Origin: Macrostomum lignano
Lineage: Eukaryota
DNA: 64,000 nucleotides
Reading direction: 5' to 3'
NCBI GenBank assembly: GCA_002269645.1
Contig: NIVC01003168.1
Span: 1 to 64,000 of the forward strand
This document shows, one piece after another, positions 12,975 to 26,955 of this stretch; position 1 is the stretch's first letter; each line of letters starts with the position of its first letter. Both the position numbers and the translations under genes were made by a program. Below the pieces are notes generated by a model. That model was not told the DNA's origin, did no database searches, and was given only the letters and a program-made list of their open reading frames with translations.

Positions 12975-13713
12975 TCAGCCGACGATCCAGACATCGCCAG
13001 TCTCCTTGTCGAATGCGGTGGCGAAGTTTCTGAGGCGGCAGAGGCCGCTGCTGCTGTTGAAGCAATAGGAGGAGGAGCTGGCAGACCGGGCGCAGGAGGC
13101 GGCGCAATCGATCCGACTCTGCGCCTTGACGTCCCAGCCCAGGGAGCCGGCGAATTCGGCAGTGGCGACCAGCTTTGGAGCGACAGAGGTGGCGAACTTG
13201 CGAAAGCGAGTATTTTGCAAAGCTGAAATAGAATTTTTTAAGGGCATAGAGCTCACTTTTCTCTATTGTAGCTTATTAGTAAAAATCTAACACTTCTCGA
13301 CATACTCACTCGATGAGTACACATTTTCATAGATGGACTTTTGCAAACGACCTCCGCAAATCTGGCTAGCATTCCCGTAGCAATTCGTGTTTCACTCGGA
13401 CTCTGGCGCTGGACCCCAGGAGCCGTAGCTGAAGTCGCACGAGCAGAAGCCGTAATCCTGCACCGCAGTGAATCGGAAACCACCGTAGGTGCAGATTTCA
13501 CTGCACAGCTCCACCTTCATAGCAAGTCCAACCATCCGGTTTCTCTGGAATACTTGACTCTGAATGAGGCAAATTCTGCGATGCTAGCAAGGCCCCCAAT
13601 GTCTCTGTTTAGTGCGTCTTTGTCAACAAAGCAGCCAACATAGAAGGGAGTGGCTTTGCGCTGGCACAGTGACTCGGAAGCCGAACAAGCGTAACAACTT
13701 GCAGCATAGTCAT
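12975..13713 (-). pseudogene. WSC+PAN family pseudogene (copy 2)
   Basis: Exon 1 (13310-13713) has two frameshifts and an in-frame TGA at a conserved Cys (PESE*N). Exon 2 (12975-13222, 248 nt) is open and ends DVWIVG*. Confidence 0.85.
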
Positions 13714-14683
13714 TTGCGGCGACTGAGATGTGCTTAGCAGCTTGGCAGGACAAGTAATGTTGCTCACAAGTTCTTATAGATGCCAAATTGCATTGATAAT
13801 AGGATCGCGTCTAAAACATCAATATTCATTGCTTTCATGGGCAATTCATGGGCCCCGACCTGGAGACACAAAAAGCGAATTGACGAAGTGTATAATGTTG
13901 ATCAAGTTTGCATGCCTTCTCCAAATAAAATTGACCCAGGAAGAATGAGATACTGGCTAATGGACTCGAGAAAAATTCGAAAAAAGAGATAAAAAGTCAG
14001 GATATTGGCTTGGTTGTGCAAGTTCTAGTTGTCCTCGATGGCATACCGAGATGAGAGGTTGCGAAATGGAACGATGAACGAACAAAGTCGGGGGGTAGTA
14101 GCCTCATCAAAACAAGCTGATAAGCACGGTAAATTGATCAGATTGACTCAGCACTGCCCAGAATGAGTAAACATAAGCTAAGCTAAGCTAAATTGATTTA
14201 GGGTAATCTGATGCGCGCTACCTTCAAGGTCAGCAACGTCATAAGTTGCTTTAGAGAGGGAAAGAGTAGAAGTATTGCTTTAACACACTTCGTAATTAAG
14301 TTTCCAAAGACTCTCCGAGTCTGGAGTCTGGGTTGCTGCAACTGCAGATAGAGAGTGTTGAATGCCTCCAGTGCCAGCTCATGAATCAGAATCCATCAGT
14401 CAGCTTCCATGTAACTAGGTGAGAAGCTGATCAAACTGGATTCTCAAGTTACTCCGCATCTTCTTTCATTTTTGCTTTACTTTGAAAATGCAACGATAGC
14501 CGTTTACCGTAGAATGAAAAAAGAAGGAAAATAAAAAAATCTATGATAAGAACCAATTAAAACTTTACTTGCAAATGTTTTTGCTTTCTAACCAAAATTT
14601 ATTATCAATTTCAAGTAGTTGGTCTGACAGGATTCCAAAAAACACAATGGGAAATCGAGTCATCGAAATCGGGCTCCGAGGCT

Positions 14684-15539
14684 TCAGCCGATTATCCAGA
14701 CATCGCCAGTCTCCTTGTCGAATGCGGTGGCAAAGTTGCTGAGGCGGCAGAGGCCGCTGCTGCTGTTGAAGCGATAGGAGGAGCAGCTGGCAGTCCGGGA
14801 GCAGGTGGCGGCGCAATCGATCCGGCTCTGTGTCTTGACGTCCCAGCCCAAGGAGCCGGCGAATTCGGCAGTGGTGACCAGCTTCGGGGCGGCAGAGGCG
14901 GCGAACTTTCGGAAACGATGTACCTTAGATCCTGAAAGTTGTTTTTTGCATTCGAGCTTTTTGGCAAATGTTTCATTCTCAGCTTTCTCGTGCTTTACGA
15001 GCTTAAGTTGTACATTTAACCTGGTCGAGTGGAATTTTGTACTTTTTTGATCCCGGATGCATGAACCAACTATTAGCTTTTAGTAAACCAGATCGGAATC
15101 CGAAAAAATTGTGCTCACCCGAGAAGGTACTCTTGTAGATCGAAGCCCGCAGCGAACCACCGCACACCTGACCATAATTACCAGAGCAAGGATTACTGCA
15201 CTCGGCTTCCGGAGCGGAACCCCAGGAGCCGTAGCTGGAGTCGCACATGCATTCATTACTATTCTGCACTGCGGCGTATTGAAAGCCACCGTAAATGCAG
15301 ATTTCGCTGCACAGATCCCCTGTCATGTCAAGTCTGGACACGATGCCTTGGCTTGTGTGTGAGACACTGTATATGCCAAGCTGGGCAACACCAACAAGTC
15401 CCAGCATGTCTCTGTCGGGTGGAAGTTTGTCAACGAAGCAGCCGACGTAGACCGGAGTGGCCTTGCGCTGGCACAGCGACTCGCCGGCCAGCAGAGCGAC
15501 AGCCAGAACATTCGCTAGCACGGAGAGTCTGCTCAACAT
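14684..15539 (-). CDS. Secreted WSC-domain + PAN/apple-like protein (copy 3, intact, about 222 aa)
   Basis: Exon 1 15119-15539: signal peptide, YVGCFVD...CSEIC...ECMC...CSGNYGQVCGG. Phase-1 intron. Exon 2 14684-14931: DCAATCSRTASCSSYRFNSSSGLCRL (PAN-like Cys pattern). Confidence 0.9.
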
Positions 15540-16166
15540 GGTTTGTAGAATAGGTGGGGGTGGTCGATTTTGCTGTCTGTGACTCTTTCTTGTATTGCCT
15601 AATGTAGACTTGATGGCGCCTGTCAAACTGTTTCATGACTTTATAGATCAGATCAGGCTAAGGCTTTCTGAAAGATTTCTTTCTCTATGCAGGAAGTTTG
15701 CCAGGCCGCATTGTCTGTGCGGTGGTCGCTGATGATTGATGCCGATGAGCTGAAACTGCGGAAGCAAACCGGATGGATTGAATGAGAGACAGAAGCTCAC
15801 GGTTAAATTTGTCCTCTCAGTAAGAAGAAGGAAAAGCAAGTCGATAAAGCTGTCTTACAATCATCGATTGAATAGCAGTAAAAAAGAATAGGACTAATTT
15901 AGGAAAAGATTTGAACCAATCGCCTGGGAAATCAAGCTCCTCGGACTCGCTATTAACAACAATTACAATTTTTGGGCGAAGCAACAATATTCACGAGGCA
16001 GTGTATTTTAAGACATCACATGATCAGCACATAACCACACGCTTTACCTCGTTCGAGATTCGGGAAGTCGCCAACACAACAGTATCAATAGCACAGACAA
16101 TTGTCAATGCCATATGAATGAATTATAGATCCGAACTCACTTTATATTACTCTATAGGATTTTAAG

Positions 16167-16567
16167 GGTGGCTAGAATAGAGCACAGCGGACTAGAATTC
16201 AGTACAGGTGGCTAGAGTAGAGCACAGATGGCTAGAGTAGAGTACCGGTGGCTAGAGTAGAGCACAGATGGCTAGAGTAGAGTACCGGTGGCTAGAGTAG
16301 AGCACAGATGGCTAGAGTAGAGCACAGGTGGCTAGAGTAGAGAACAGGGGGCTAGAGTAGAGTACAGGTGGCTAGAGTAGAGTACAGGTGGCTAGAGTAG
16401 AGCACAGGTGGCTAGAGTAGAGCACAGGTGGCTAGAGTAGAGAACAGGGGGCTAGAGTAGAGTACAGGTGGCTAGAGTAGAGCACAGGTGGCTAGAGTAG
16501 AGCACAGGTGGCTAGAGTAGAGCACAGGTGGCTAGAGTAGAGAACAGGGGGCTAGAGTAGAGCACAG
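16167..16567. repeat. 20-bp tandem repeat (GGTGGCTAGAGTAGAGCACA), about 20 copies
   Basis: Directly visible tandem array. Confidence 0.95.
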
Positions 16568-16668
16568 AAAGAAAACTCGTAGACAAGTTTTTACTCATTA
16601 ACTATGTCTGCAGTACTTGAACTGGTTTCAGATTCGTTTCTCGCCAAGCTAAAGCCAGTTGCCAAAGT

Positions 16669-17488
16669 TCAAGTTGCAATCCAGACGTCGCCGGTCTCAT
16701 TCGCCAAAGCGACGGCGAAGTTGCTGAGGCGGCAGAGGCCGCTGCTGCTGTTGAAGCGATAGGAAGAGCAGCTGGCAGTCCGGGCGCAGGAGGCTGCGCA
16801 CTGCATCCGGCTCTGCGTCTTGACGTCCCAGCCCAGGGAGCCGGCGAATTTGGCAGTGGTGACCAGCGGAGGGGAGGCAGAGGCGGCGAGCTTGCTAAAT
16901 TCACGGCCATGGAAGTCTGCAACAAATACATAACCAGTTTTTCAAATTAATTACAAGAGTTGTACTTTTACTTCTGCATCGGAAAAATTGCTTTAGTCGC
17001 TGCCACTTAATCTTTTTGGGAATTTTTTGGGAAAAAGGATAAAAAATACTGGAATTTCCTCTCACTTGATGGGTACACATTCTCGTAGATTGAGTTCCTG
17101 TACGCTCCACCGCACATCTGCTTAACGTTCCCGAGGCAGTGCTGGTTACACTCAGTCTCTGGCGCGGGACCCAGGAGCCGTAGCTGGAGTCGCACGAGCA
17201 GGTGGCATAATTCTGTAGGGCGGCGAACCGGAAGCCGCCGTGGGTACAAATTTTGCTGCACAGCTCAGCTGTCATGTCGGACCTGGACAGAATTCCCTGC
17301 GTGATGTAGGTGACGCTGAATGGGCCGAGCTGGGCGATGCCAACGAGGCCCTACATGTCTCTGTTTGGCGGAGCTTTGTCTCTGAAGCAGCCCGCGTAGA
17401 CCGGAGTGACTTTGCGCTGGCACAGCGACTTGGAGACCAGCAGAGCCACCACTAAAGCAGCCGTTGCTGCAGAGAGTCTGGGACGCAT
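16669..17488 (-). pseudogene. WSC+PAN family pseudogene (copy 4)
   Basis: Exon 1 (17066-17488) has an in-frame TAG at 17351-17353 (RDM*GLVG) and a 1-nt deletion in the G-run of SWG. Exon 2 (16669-16916, 248 nt) is intact. Confidence 0.85.
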
Positions 17489-18547
17489 GGAATGCGGTTG
17501 TTGTCACTTGCGCGACCGTAAAATTTCAGGTCACTATCGCAGTAAAGAGGGTTTAGACTGTCTGAGTCTCTTGTTTTTCTGATTGAGTGGGATAAAGGCA
17601 GCACTTCATAGTTCGTTTTATACTTTTTTCCTGGCTTCTTTCGATGTTAAGAATAATAGACGGCAGCGGTGTGTTGTAGCCAGCAGTCAATAGAATCCCG
17701 TGTTTTAAACTAGTGGGTTCACGAGTAACTTTATTGATTGATAGAATCGAATTCAATGCTGCTGATAGACATGCTAGAAACATGCCATGAGAATTATCTG
17801 CAGTCCTGGTATCATTTGGTATCTTTCCCAAGGGTATTCAGTGACAGAACAGGCAAAAAATTCCACCCTAGAGGTTCAAATTTCTCCATTTTCCAGTAGA
17901 TTTCGTGAAACAATACGTTGAAAAGTGCCAGCATTTCAGCAAAGTTCGTCTATCCTTCGAAAAAAATTGTCCACCTCCATCCTTCAGTCTGCCGCGACCG
18001 ATTCTGATTGCATTCTGATTGGCATTGCATGCTCTGCGAGAGTATTTCATGCACAGTTTGGTTAATTTCAAAGTGATTCCCTGAATAGTATCTGGTTAAA
18101 AATCTTGTCGATAAAATTTAGTCATACGAGTAACAAGCAATTTAATTTTTTGATAAAAAATCTCATTTAGGGAAGCAACCGTTGAATTCCATGGAGATTG
18201 GGTGTCTTACCACACACTAAACAGTAGAAAAATAGCTAAGCCAAAATAGCTAACTTCATATTGAAGTTAGACATACCTGTCTGTCGCTGAAAATAAGGTG
18301 AGAGTCTCAAAGTCAGACTCGAAACATTACTGAGAAGGCGCCACTCACACTACTGGAAAAACAATATTTTAAAAGTCGCTCGTAGTCATCGTTTAGAACA
18401 GCAGTTCGCAGCACAAAAGTCAAGAAACGTAACGAACAGGAACGGCACCAGCGTATCTAAGGATGTCTAGAAGGAGCCACAGAGGTATAGGAGGATCCGT
18501 CCGGTTTTTGTGCCGAGGTACATCGTCATGTTAGCGTAAATCAGCTA

Positions 18548-18720
18548 ATGGGAGTACCTGACGGGAGTACGGCCTTTTCAAGGTGGGTGGACATCCAGTC
18601 TATGTCGCCGATGAAGGCACCCACTGTTATTAATGCCCTTCGCAGAACCTTCGAATACATTGGATTACCGAGAAATCTACGAGTAGTTTTAGACAAAGAT
18701 GGCACTTTTTTTCTGAAGAG
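18548..18720 (+). mobile_element. Degenerate LTR-retrotransposon integrase (rve) fragment
   Basis: Translation AFSRWVDIQSMSPMKAPTVINALRRTFEYIGLPRNLRVVLDKDGTFF matches the Gypsy integrase core pattern D-x-(F/Y)-S-(R/K)-W...L...F...G-L-P...(V/I)-x-D-(N)-G-x-x-F. Confidence 0.65.
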
Positions 18721-19350
18721 TTCAAACATTGATTATACGCTTACCTCTTCAGGAAACCATCAGTTCAATGGTTCATCAGTTCAACCCAAGTTCTACTTAT
18801 AAACAGCATCAAAACTATCCTTTGATTCTGCTACAAAATACCCTTTTAAGTTATTTATAAGCTCAAAACTTGTGCCGTCAATGGTAGGTTCAGTGTTCTT
18901 CTGTTCTATTCGTACATATTGCTTACATTTATATCTAGCTCAGACGGCTAGCAACAAAGACAAAGACAAAAGAAGTAGAGAGTACTGTACACTACAAGTA
19001 CTGTAAGTACTCTCAGTTACATTTACCAATTTAAGTTTCAGCTTTCTTAACAGACTATTGTCCAGCATCTAAGTAGTGCAAAACGAAAAATTCCTACTCG
19101 TATGCTTTTCTCAACAGAAAACTGTAAAGTACATTTTGTGTCCCCAACAAAAGAAAAAACGGACTGGGATTCTAACAGAACAAACTTATCATTTTTCAAG
19201 GGTGCCGAGGTGAGACTGGGCCAGCTTCTTTCGAACACCCCGACCGGATGCTTTTCATTACATCCCATAGTCTCTGTAAGTTTTCATATCAAATACTGAA
19301 TTTTAATGCCATGCACCGGCTGCCTGAAATGTGGGAAGACAGAAGTAGAC

Positions 19351-20373
<1,023 letters not shown>

Positions 20374-22489
20374 AGGGAGAGGCAAATTTAGAGAGAACAG
20401 AGAAAACATAATTGATATTGATGGAAGCTGCCATTCAGGCACTCGAGTGCAGTCATTCGAGCAAATTTTAATGGATTTTGCGATTTTAATTTAATCAAAA
20501 AATCGCACTGCTGTCGAATCTTGACTTTTCATTTATTAAAGATAAATTCTTCTTCTCTGTTGAAGAATTCTTCTTCTTTTATTGCTTCTCATGCAGCAAT
20601 AAAACAGGTGATGATAAAAATTGAATTAAAAATCTGTCTTCTCAGTCCCATTGTGAACCCGGCCTGGATTTCAGTTCCCAATCTCAGCCAGGCATTCAGG
20701 CGCTGCCAAGTGAAGTGCATTGAGCGAGATGAGGATGCCAGATATTGGGTGTCGCTGACTGTGCTCAAGGTTCTGCACCGCCTGCTGATTTACGACGCGA
20801 CTACGACGACGAGCCTACAATATCGACGCTCTGTCGATATCAACTTTAATATCCACTTTTCTAGCTCTCCGAAGATCTGCATTAAAAAACTGGCGCTACC
20901 GGAGAGATTGGGAATGGATCGAGGGACTCGACGTCATCACGCCGATCAAGGTGGCCAACTGGGAGATCTGGAGTCAGCATTAACTGTGCTGGGTAACTGC
21001 GTCTTCGGCGGCTGCGTGTGATGATGTGATAGCGGGCGTGGTCGCGCACTGACGGTGGTAGAGAAGAACTGAGAGTTATGCTATGGCTCTTTATAAATAT
21101 ATTTTCCCGAAGGATAACTTTCTTTTCAAGAGTTTTTTATTTTGACGCAAAAATCACAATACAGAAAGAATTTGCATGTATTCGACATGCAGAAGCATCT
21201 GAAAAGCATGTGAATTAAAACAAAGTGACTTTGAAACCCTAAATTTGGAAGTTACTGTTGATTTTGAGAACAGGATAGGAAATGCTCTGAAATGATAGAC
21301 TGAAGCTGTTCTGCTTTTGCTTTTAGGATGGCCTGCATGGGATATCTCGGCTACATGACCATTCCGGTGCTACATGTGACTGTGACCCTTTTTAAAGAGG
21401 ATCCACTTACGTTCACTTGAGTTCACTGAGTAATGGAGAAATGGAGATGGAGTAACGAGGCATAGCGACAAGGTTAACAATAAACTGAAGGATTAGCACT
21501 ATTACCTGATGACCCATGGGTTAAACCCTGTCTGGCCTCTTATAGATATATTTTAGCAGGGCTACAATACTTTGTAGCTTTAGCAAATTAGGCAAATTGT
21601 AGTATTGTAGCTTAGCTACAAGCTAAAGCTACAATACTTTGAGTGAATGGGGTGACTCAGTCTCTTTTGGGAGGCTGGGAAATGTATGAGTTTTCCCTTA
21701 GTCTTTGACGGAATTAAATTTTCCATAACATAAGCAGAGCTTACCATTAGCCGTCAGAAAAGCAATAAGTTTTGCATGTGGCCATAGATTAAAAAACAGG
21801 GAAAAGTGTTGTGCATAGGACAAGATATCAGGTACTTGTAGCTATTCATTGTCTCGTATTAATTAATATAAAAGAAAGGCTTTTGGGACTAGCCGCAATG
21901 CCTCATCAATTGTGTCGCGATGAATAGCCCGGGTACAAAGCTGTCGAAAAAAAAGATGGAAAAGACACGCATGGTGGGAAGGACCATTAGTAGTGTTAAA
22001 GTCTTAGTAGTCCTTTTCATGGTGAAGTCATCTGACTTTTTTTTACCATTCTGATTGATTGTTCAAAGCAATTTCCGCAGCTGCATCACGAATACAGATA
22101 GAATTGCTGTATTTTTTCCTCTGGACTACGAACTCAAGTAAAAATATGAGAATACGATGCATAATTTTGTATGCAAAACTAGCTTTGTAGTTTGTAACCA
22201 AGCTTTGGGAATGCAAGTTTGCAATGAGTAGAATTACTAAGAGGATTAGGATCATTAAAAAATCTTTCACTCATTGAAGACAACTCGCCAAAATGTGTCT
22301 ATTGCGAGTTGTTTCTGTTGAAGAGGAATTGCACAGGAGTACTTGTTGCTTGCCTACATGTATTTCCATGCTTTGTTGTTGATTCGTCAGTAAACAGCAT
22401 TTGTTGAATTAAAAACTTCTGCAAGAGCATTTGGAAAAAAGAGAAATTTGTTTCAAAAAAATATTTTCTTTCTAGATTAAAAAGCCCAC

Positions 22490-25307
22490 GAAGCTTTCTG
22501 TCGGCAGTTTCGGGAACTATGCATCACACTCACACATCTGGTAGAGCAGCTAGCAAATTCTGAAGCTTTCTGTCGGCAGTTTCGGGAACTATGCATCACA
22601 CTCACACATCTGGTAGAGCAGCTAGCAAATTCTGAAGCTTTCTGTCGGCAGTTTCGGGAACTATGCATCACACTCACACATCTGGTAGAGCAGCTAGCAA
22701 ATTCTGAAGCTTTCTGTCGGCAGTTTCGGAAACTATGCATCACACTCACACATCTGGTAGAGCAGCTAGCAAATTCCGAAGCTTTCTGTCGGCAGTTTCG
22801 GGAACTATGCATCACACTCACACATCTGGTAGAGCAGCTAGCAAATTCTGAAGCTTTCTGTCGGCAGTTTCGGGAACTATGCATCACACTCACACATCTG
22901 GTAGAGCAGCTAGCAAATTCTGAAGCTTTCTGTCGGCAGTTTCGGAAACTATGCATCACACTCACACATCTGGTAGAGCAGCTAGCAAATTCTGAAGCTT
23001 TCTGTCGGCAGTTTCGGGAACTATGCATCACACTCACACATCTGGTAGAGCAGCTAGCAAATTCTGAAGCTTTCTGTCGGCAGTTTCGGGAACTATGCAT
23101 CACACTCACACATCTGGTAGAGCAGCTAGCAAATTCTGAAGCTTTCTGTCGGCAGTTTCGGGAACTATGCATCACACTCACACATCTGGTAGAGCAGCTA
23201 GCAAATTCTGAAGCTTTCTGTCGGCAGTTTCGGGAACTATGCATCACACTCACACATCTGGTAAAGCAGCTAGCAAATTCTGAAGCTTTCTGTCGGCAGT
23301 TTCGGGAACTATGCATCACACTCACACATCTGGTAGAGCAGCTAGCAAATTCTGAAGCTTTCTGTCGGCAGTTTCGGGAACTATGCATCACACTCACACA
23401 TCTGGTAGAGCAGCTAGCAAATTCTGAAGCTTTCTGTCGGCAGTTTCGGGAACTATGCATCACACTCACACATCTGGTAGAGCAGCTAGCAAATTCTGAA
23501 GCTTTCTGTCGGCAGTTTCGGGAACTATGCATCACACTCACACATCTGGTAGAGCAGCTAGCAAATTCTGAAGCTTTCTGTCGGCAGTTTCGGGAACTAT
23601 GCATCACACTCACACATCTGGTAGAGCAGCTAGCAAATTCCGAAGCTTTCTGTCGGCAGTTTCGGGAACTATGCATCACACTCACACATCTGGTAGAGCA
23701 GCTAGCAAATTCTGAAGCTTTCTGTCGGCAGTTTCGGGAACTATGCATCACACTCACACATCTGGTAGAGCAGCTAGCAAATTCTGAAGCTTTCTGTCGG
23801 CAGTTTCGGGAACCATGCATCACACTCACACATCTGGTAGAGCAGCTAGCAAATTCTGAAGCTTTCTGTCGGCAGTTTCGGGAACTATGCATCACACTCA
23901 CACATCTGGTAGAGCAGCTAGCAAATTCTGAAGCTTTCTGTCGGCAGTTTCGGGAACTATGCATCACACTCACACATCTGGTAAAGCAGCTAGCAAATTC
24001 TGAAGCTTTCTGTCGGCAGTTTCGGGAACTATGCATCACACTCACACATCTGGTAGAGCAGCTAGCAAATTCTGAAGCTTTCTGTCGGCAGTTTCGGGAA
24101 CTATGCATCACACTCACACATCTGGTAGAGCAGCTAGCAAATTCTGAAGCTTTCTGTCGGCAGTTTCGGGAACTATGCATCACACTCACACATCTGGTAA
24201 AGCAGCTAGCAAATTCTGAAGCTTTCTGTCGGCAGTTTCGGGAACTATGCATCACACTCACACATCTGGTAGAGCAGCTAGCAAATTCTGAAGCTTTCTG
24301 TCGGCAGTTTCGGGAACTATGCATCACACTCACACATCTGGTAGAGCAGCTAGCAAATTCTGAAGCTTTCTGTCGGCAGTTTCGGGAACTATGCATCACA
24401 CTCACACATCTGGTAGAGCAGCTAGCAAATTCTGAAGCTTTCTGTCGGCAGTTTCGGAAACTATGCATCACACTCACACATCTGGTAGAGCAGCTAGCAA
24501 ATTCTGAAGCTTTCTGTCGGCAGTTTCGGGAACTATGCATCACACTCACACATCTGGTAGAGCAGCTAGCAAATTCTGAAGCTTTCTGTCGGCAGTTTCG
24601 GGAACTATGCATCACACTCACACATCTGGTAGAGCAGCTAGCAAATTCTGAAGCTTTCTGTCGGCAGTTTCGGGAACTATGCATCACACTCACACATCTG
24701 GTAGAGCAGCTAGCAAATTCTGAAGCTTTCTGTCGGCAGTTTCGGGAACTATGCATCACACTCACACATCTGGTAGAGCAGCTAGCAAATTCTGAAGCTT
24801 TCTGTCGGCAGTTTCGGGAACTATGCATCACACTCACACATCTGGTAGAGCAGCTAGCAAATTCCGAAGCTTTCTGTCGGCAGTTTCGGGAACTATGCAT
24901 CACACTCACACATCTGGTAGAGCAGCTAGCAAATTCTGAAGCTTTCTGTCGGCAGTTTCGGGAACTATGCATCACACTCACACATCTGGTAGAGCAGCTA
25001 GCAAATTCTGAAGCTTTCTGTCGGCAGTTTCGGGAACTATGCATCACACTCACACATCTGGTAAAGCAGCTAGCAAATTCTGAAGCTTTCTGTCGGCAGT
25101 TTCGGGAACTATGCATCACACTCACACATCTGGTAAAGCAGCTAGCAAATTCTGAAGCTTTCTGTCGGCAGTTTCGGGAACTATGCATCACACTCACACA
25201 TCTGGTAAAGCAGCTAGCAAATTCTGAAGCTTTTTTGTCGACAGTTTCGGGAACTATGCATCACACTCACACATCTGGTAGAGCAGCTAGCAAATTCTGA
25301 AGCTTTC
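22490..25307. repeat. 72-bp tandem array, about 39 near-identical copies
   Basis: Unit GAAGCTTTCTGTCGGCAGTTTCGGGAACTATGCATCACACTCACACATCTGGTAGAGCAGCTAGCAAATTCT. This array produces the spurious 906-aa ORF. Confidence 0.98.
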
Positions 25308-25918
25308 GATCCTAAGCAGACATTGTCAGTGGTTCTTTTTTATTTTAAATGAAAGAGTGAATAAAAGCATACTCATATATTCGAGTTGAAAAATATACGC
25401 ATTGAAACACTAAAAATTAATTCAATCATGGTATTTGCAGTTTTTCGATGTGGTCAGCCCTAGGTGCTCTCATATATCTCCGAAATTTCATATTTCCGAA
25501 ATTTCATATCTCCGAAATTTCATATGTCCGACAGCATCTTTTTCATATTTCCCACACTTCATATCTCTGTTATAAGTGAATTTAAAGAAGCTTAACGTCA
25601 CATTCTATTTTGATTTGCTCATTATTAGCGAGTTCGTTATTCAGAAACTTGCTGATGTGAAACGAGTATTGCATGTAGTAATTGGGATAAACATTGGCTC
25701 AAAAAATCCTTAGAAGCTTAGGACGACAATCTTTGTCAAACATCAAACTTGCATCAAACTGCGACTGCCATGTCCGACAGCGCTGACGATTTTAGCTCTT
25801 AGGGCAAGGTATCAGATGTAATAATCCGTAATTATGGTTCACTTTCACCGTCTGTCAAATATCGTGAAGCGCCGTTTATTTAGGTGTTGTTTAGACAAAG
25901 CAGCTCTCGAGACTGGCC

Positions 25919-26955
25919 TTAGTTGGCGATCCAGACGTTGCTGAAGTTTCCACTCGCCGGGATGGCGGTGAACCGGCTGATCCGGCACAGCCTTCCGCTG
26001 CTGTTGAACCGGTAGGCCAGGCAGTCCCACTGAGCAGCCAGACGGCAGATGGTCGCGCACTGGATCAGATCAATAGCCGGCAGGCTCAGTTCGGCTACTC
26101 CTTTGAAGTTGGCATCGAGAACTAGCAGCGGGACGGTGGCGGCGGCGACTCGGCGAAACCGACGGCAGTCGCTGAGCTGCAAGCCATCTATAGGGTTTTG
26201 GATGGCAAATTTCACTGTTGATTTGCTGAACCTGATGAGTCCTCATCAGTCCCTGATGAACGATTAAAGTCAAGTTCGGTTTCCTTGACTTTACATTCAA
26301 ATGAATGCTGGGTGCAAACCAGATGACTTAATTAACATTTCTTTCCTAAACCGGAACGGAATCTGATGGTTGCGGACTCAGTCTAACATAAAATTCGAGC
26401 TCTAATTTACAACTATTTGCCTATTTTGACTGTGTTGTAGAATAGGAAATTAAGATTTATCATAGAGCATTTGTGCAGAAACTTCAACTGAACAAGAACT
26501 ATGGTTCCCTGATTCGCACCTGCCCATTGGACTGTACCTGAGTACACGTTCTCATAAACGGAGTTGCGGAATTGGCCACCACAGGTTTGAGACACATTGC
26601 CCATGCAGGCCATGTTGCACTCCAGCTCGCTTACTTTGCCAAGCGAACCGAACTGCCAGTCGCAGCTGCACTCCTTGCTGTATTGCAGGGCAAAGTACCG
26701 GAAACCGCCGATGGCGCAGACCCGGCTGCACAGCTCCACCGTCAGAGACGGGCTGGACAGAATTCCCTTCTCCGTGTGATTGATGCCGAATTGACCAAGT
26801 CTGGCAATTCCAACCAGACCTACGATGTCTCTATTTGGCATGGCCGCATCCGCGTAGCAACCAACATAGCTGAGTGCGGCTACAGTTCGCTGGGCCAGCG
26901 ACGGAGCGACTAGCAGAGCTGCAGCAACCGCGACAAGCTGCAGGCGAATCGCCAT
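25919..26955 (-). CDS. Secreted WSC-domain + PAN/apple-like protein (copy 5, intact, divergent paralogue)
   Basis: Exon 1 26538-26955: MAIRLQLVAVAAALL, YVGCYAD...CSRVC...ECSC...CMGNVSQTCGG. Phase-1 intron. Exon 2 25919-26187: QCATICRL...CLAYRFNSSGRLCRI...NVWIAN*. Confidence 0.9.

Noticed and set aside
13395-13420. In-frame TGA at a conserved Cys of WSC copy 2 as possible selenocysteine
   Set aside because: The same exon has two frameshifts and no SECIS was recognised. A TGY-to-TGA nonsense mutation in a pseudogene is simpler.
22477-25197. 906-aa ORF on the minus strand
   Set aside because: It is the translation of a 72-bp tandem array with a GTG start, no flanking unique coding sequence and no splice context.
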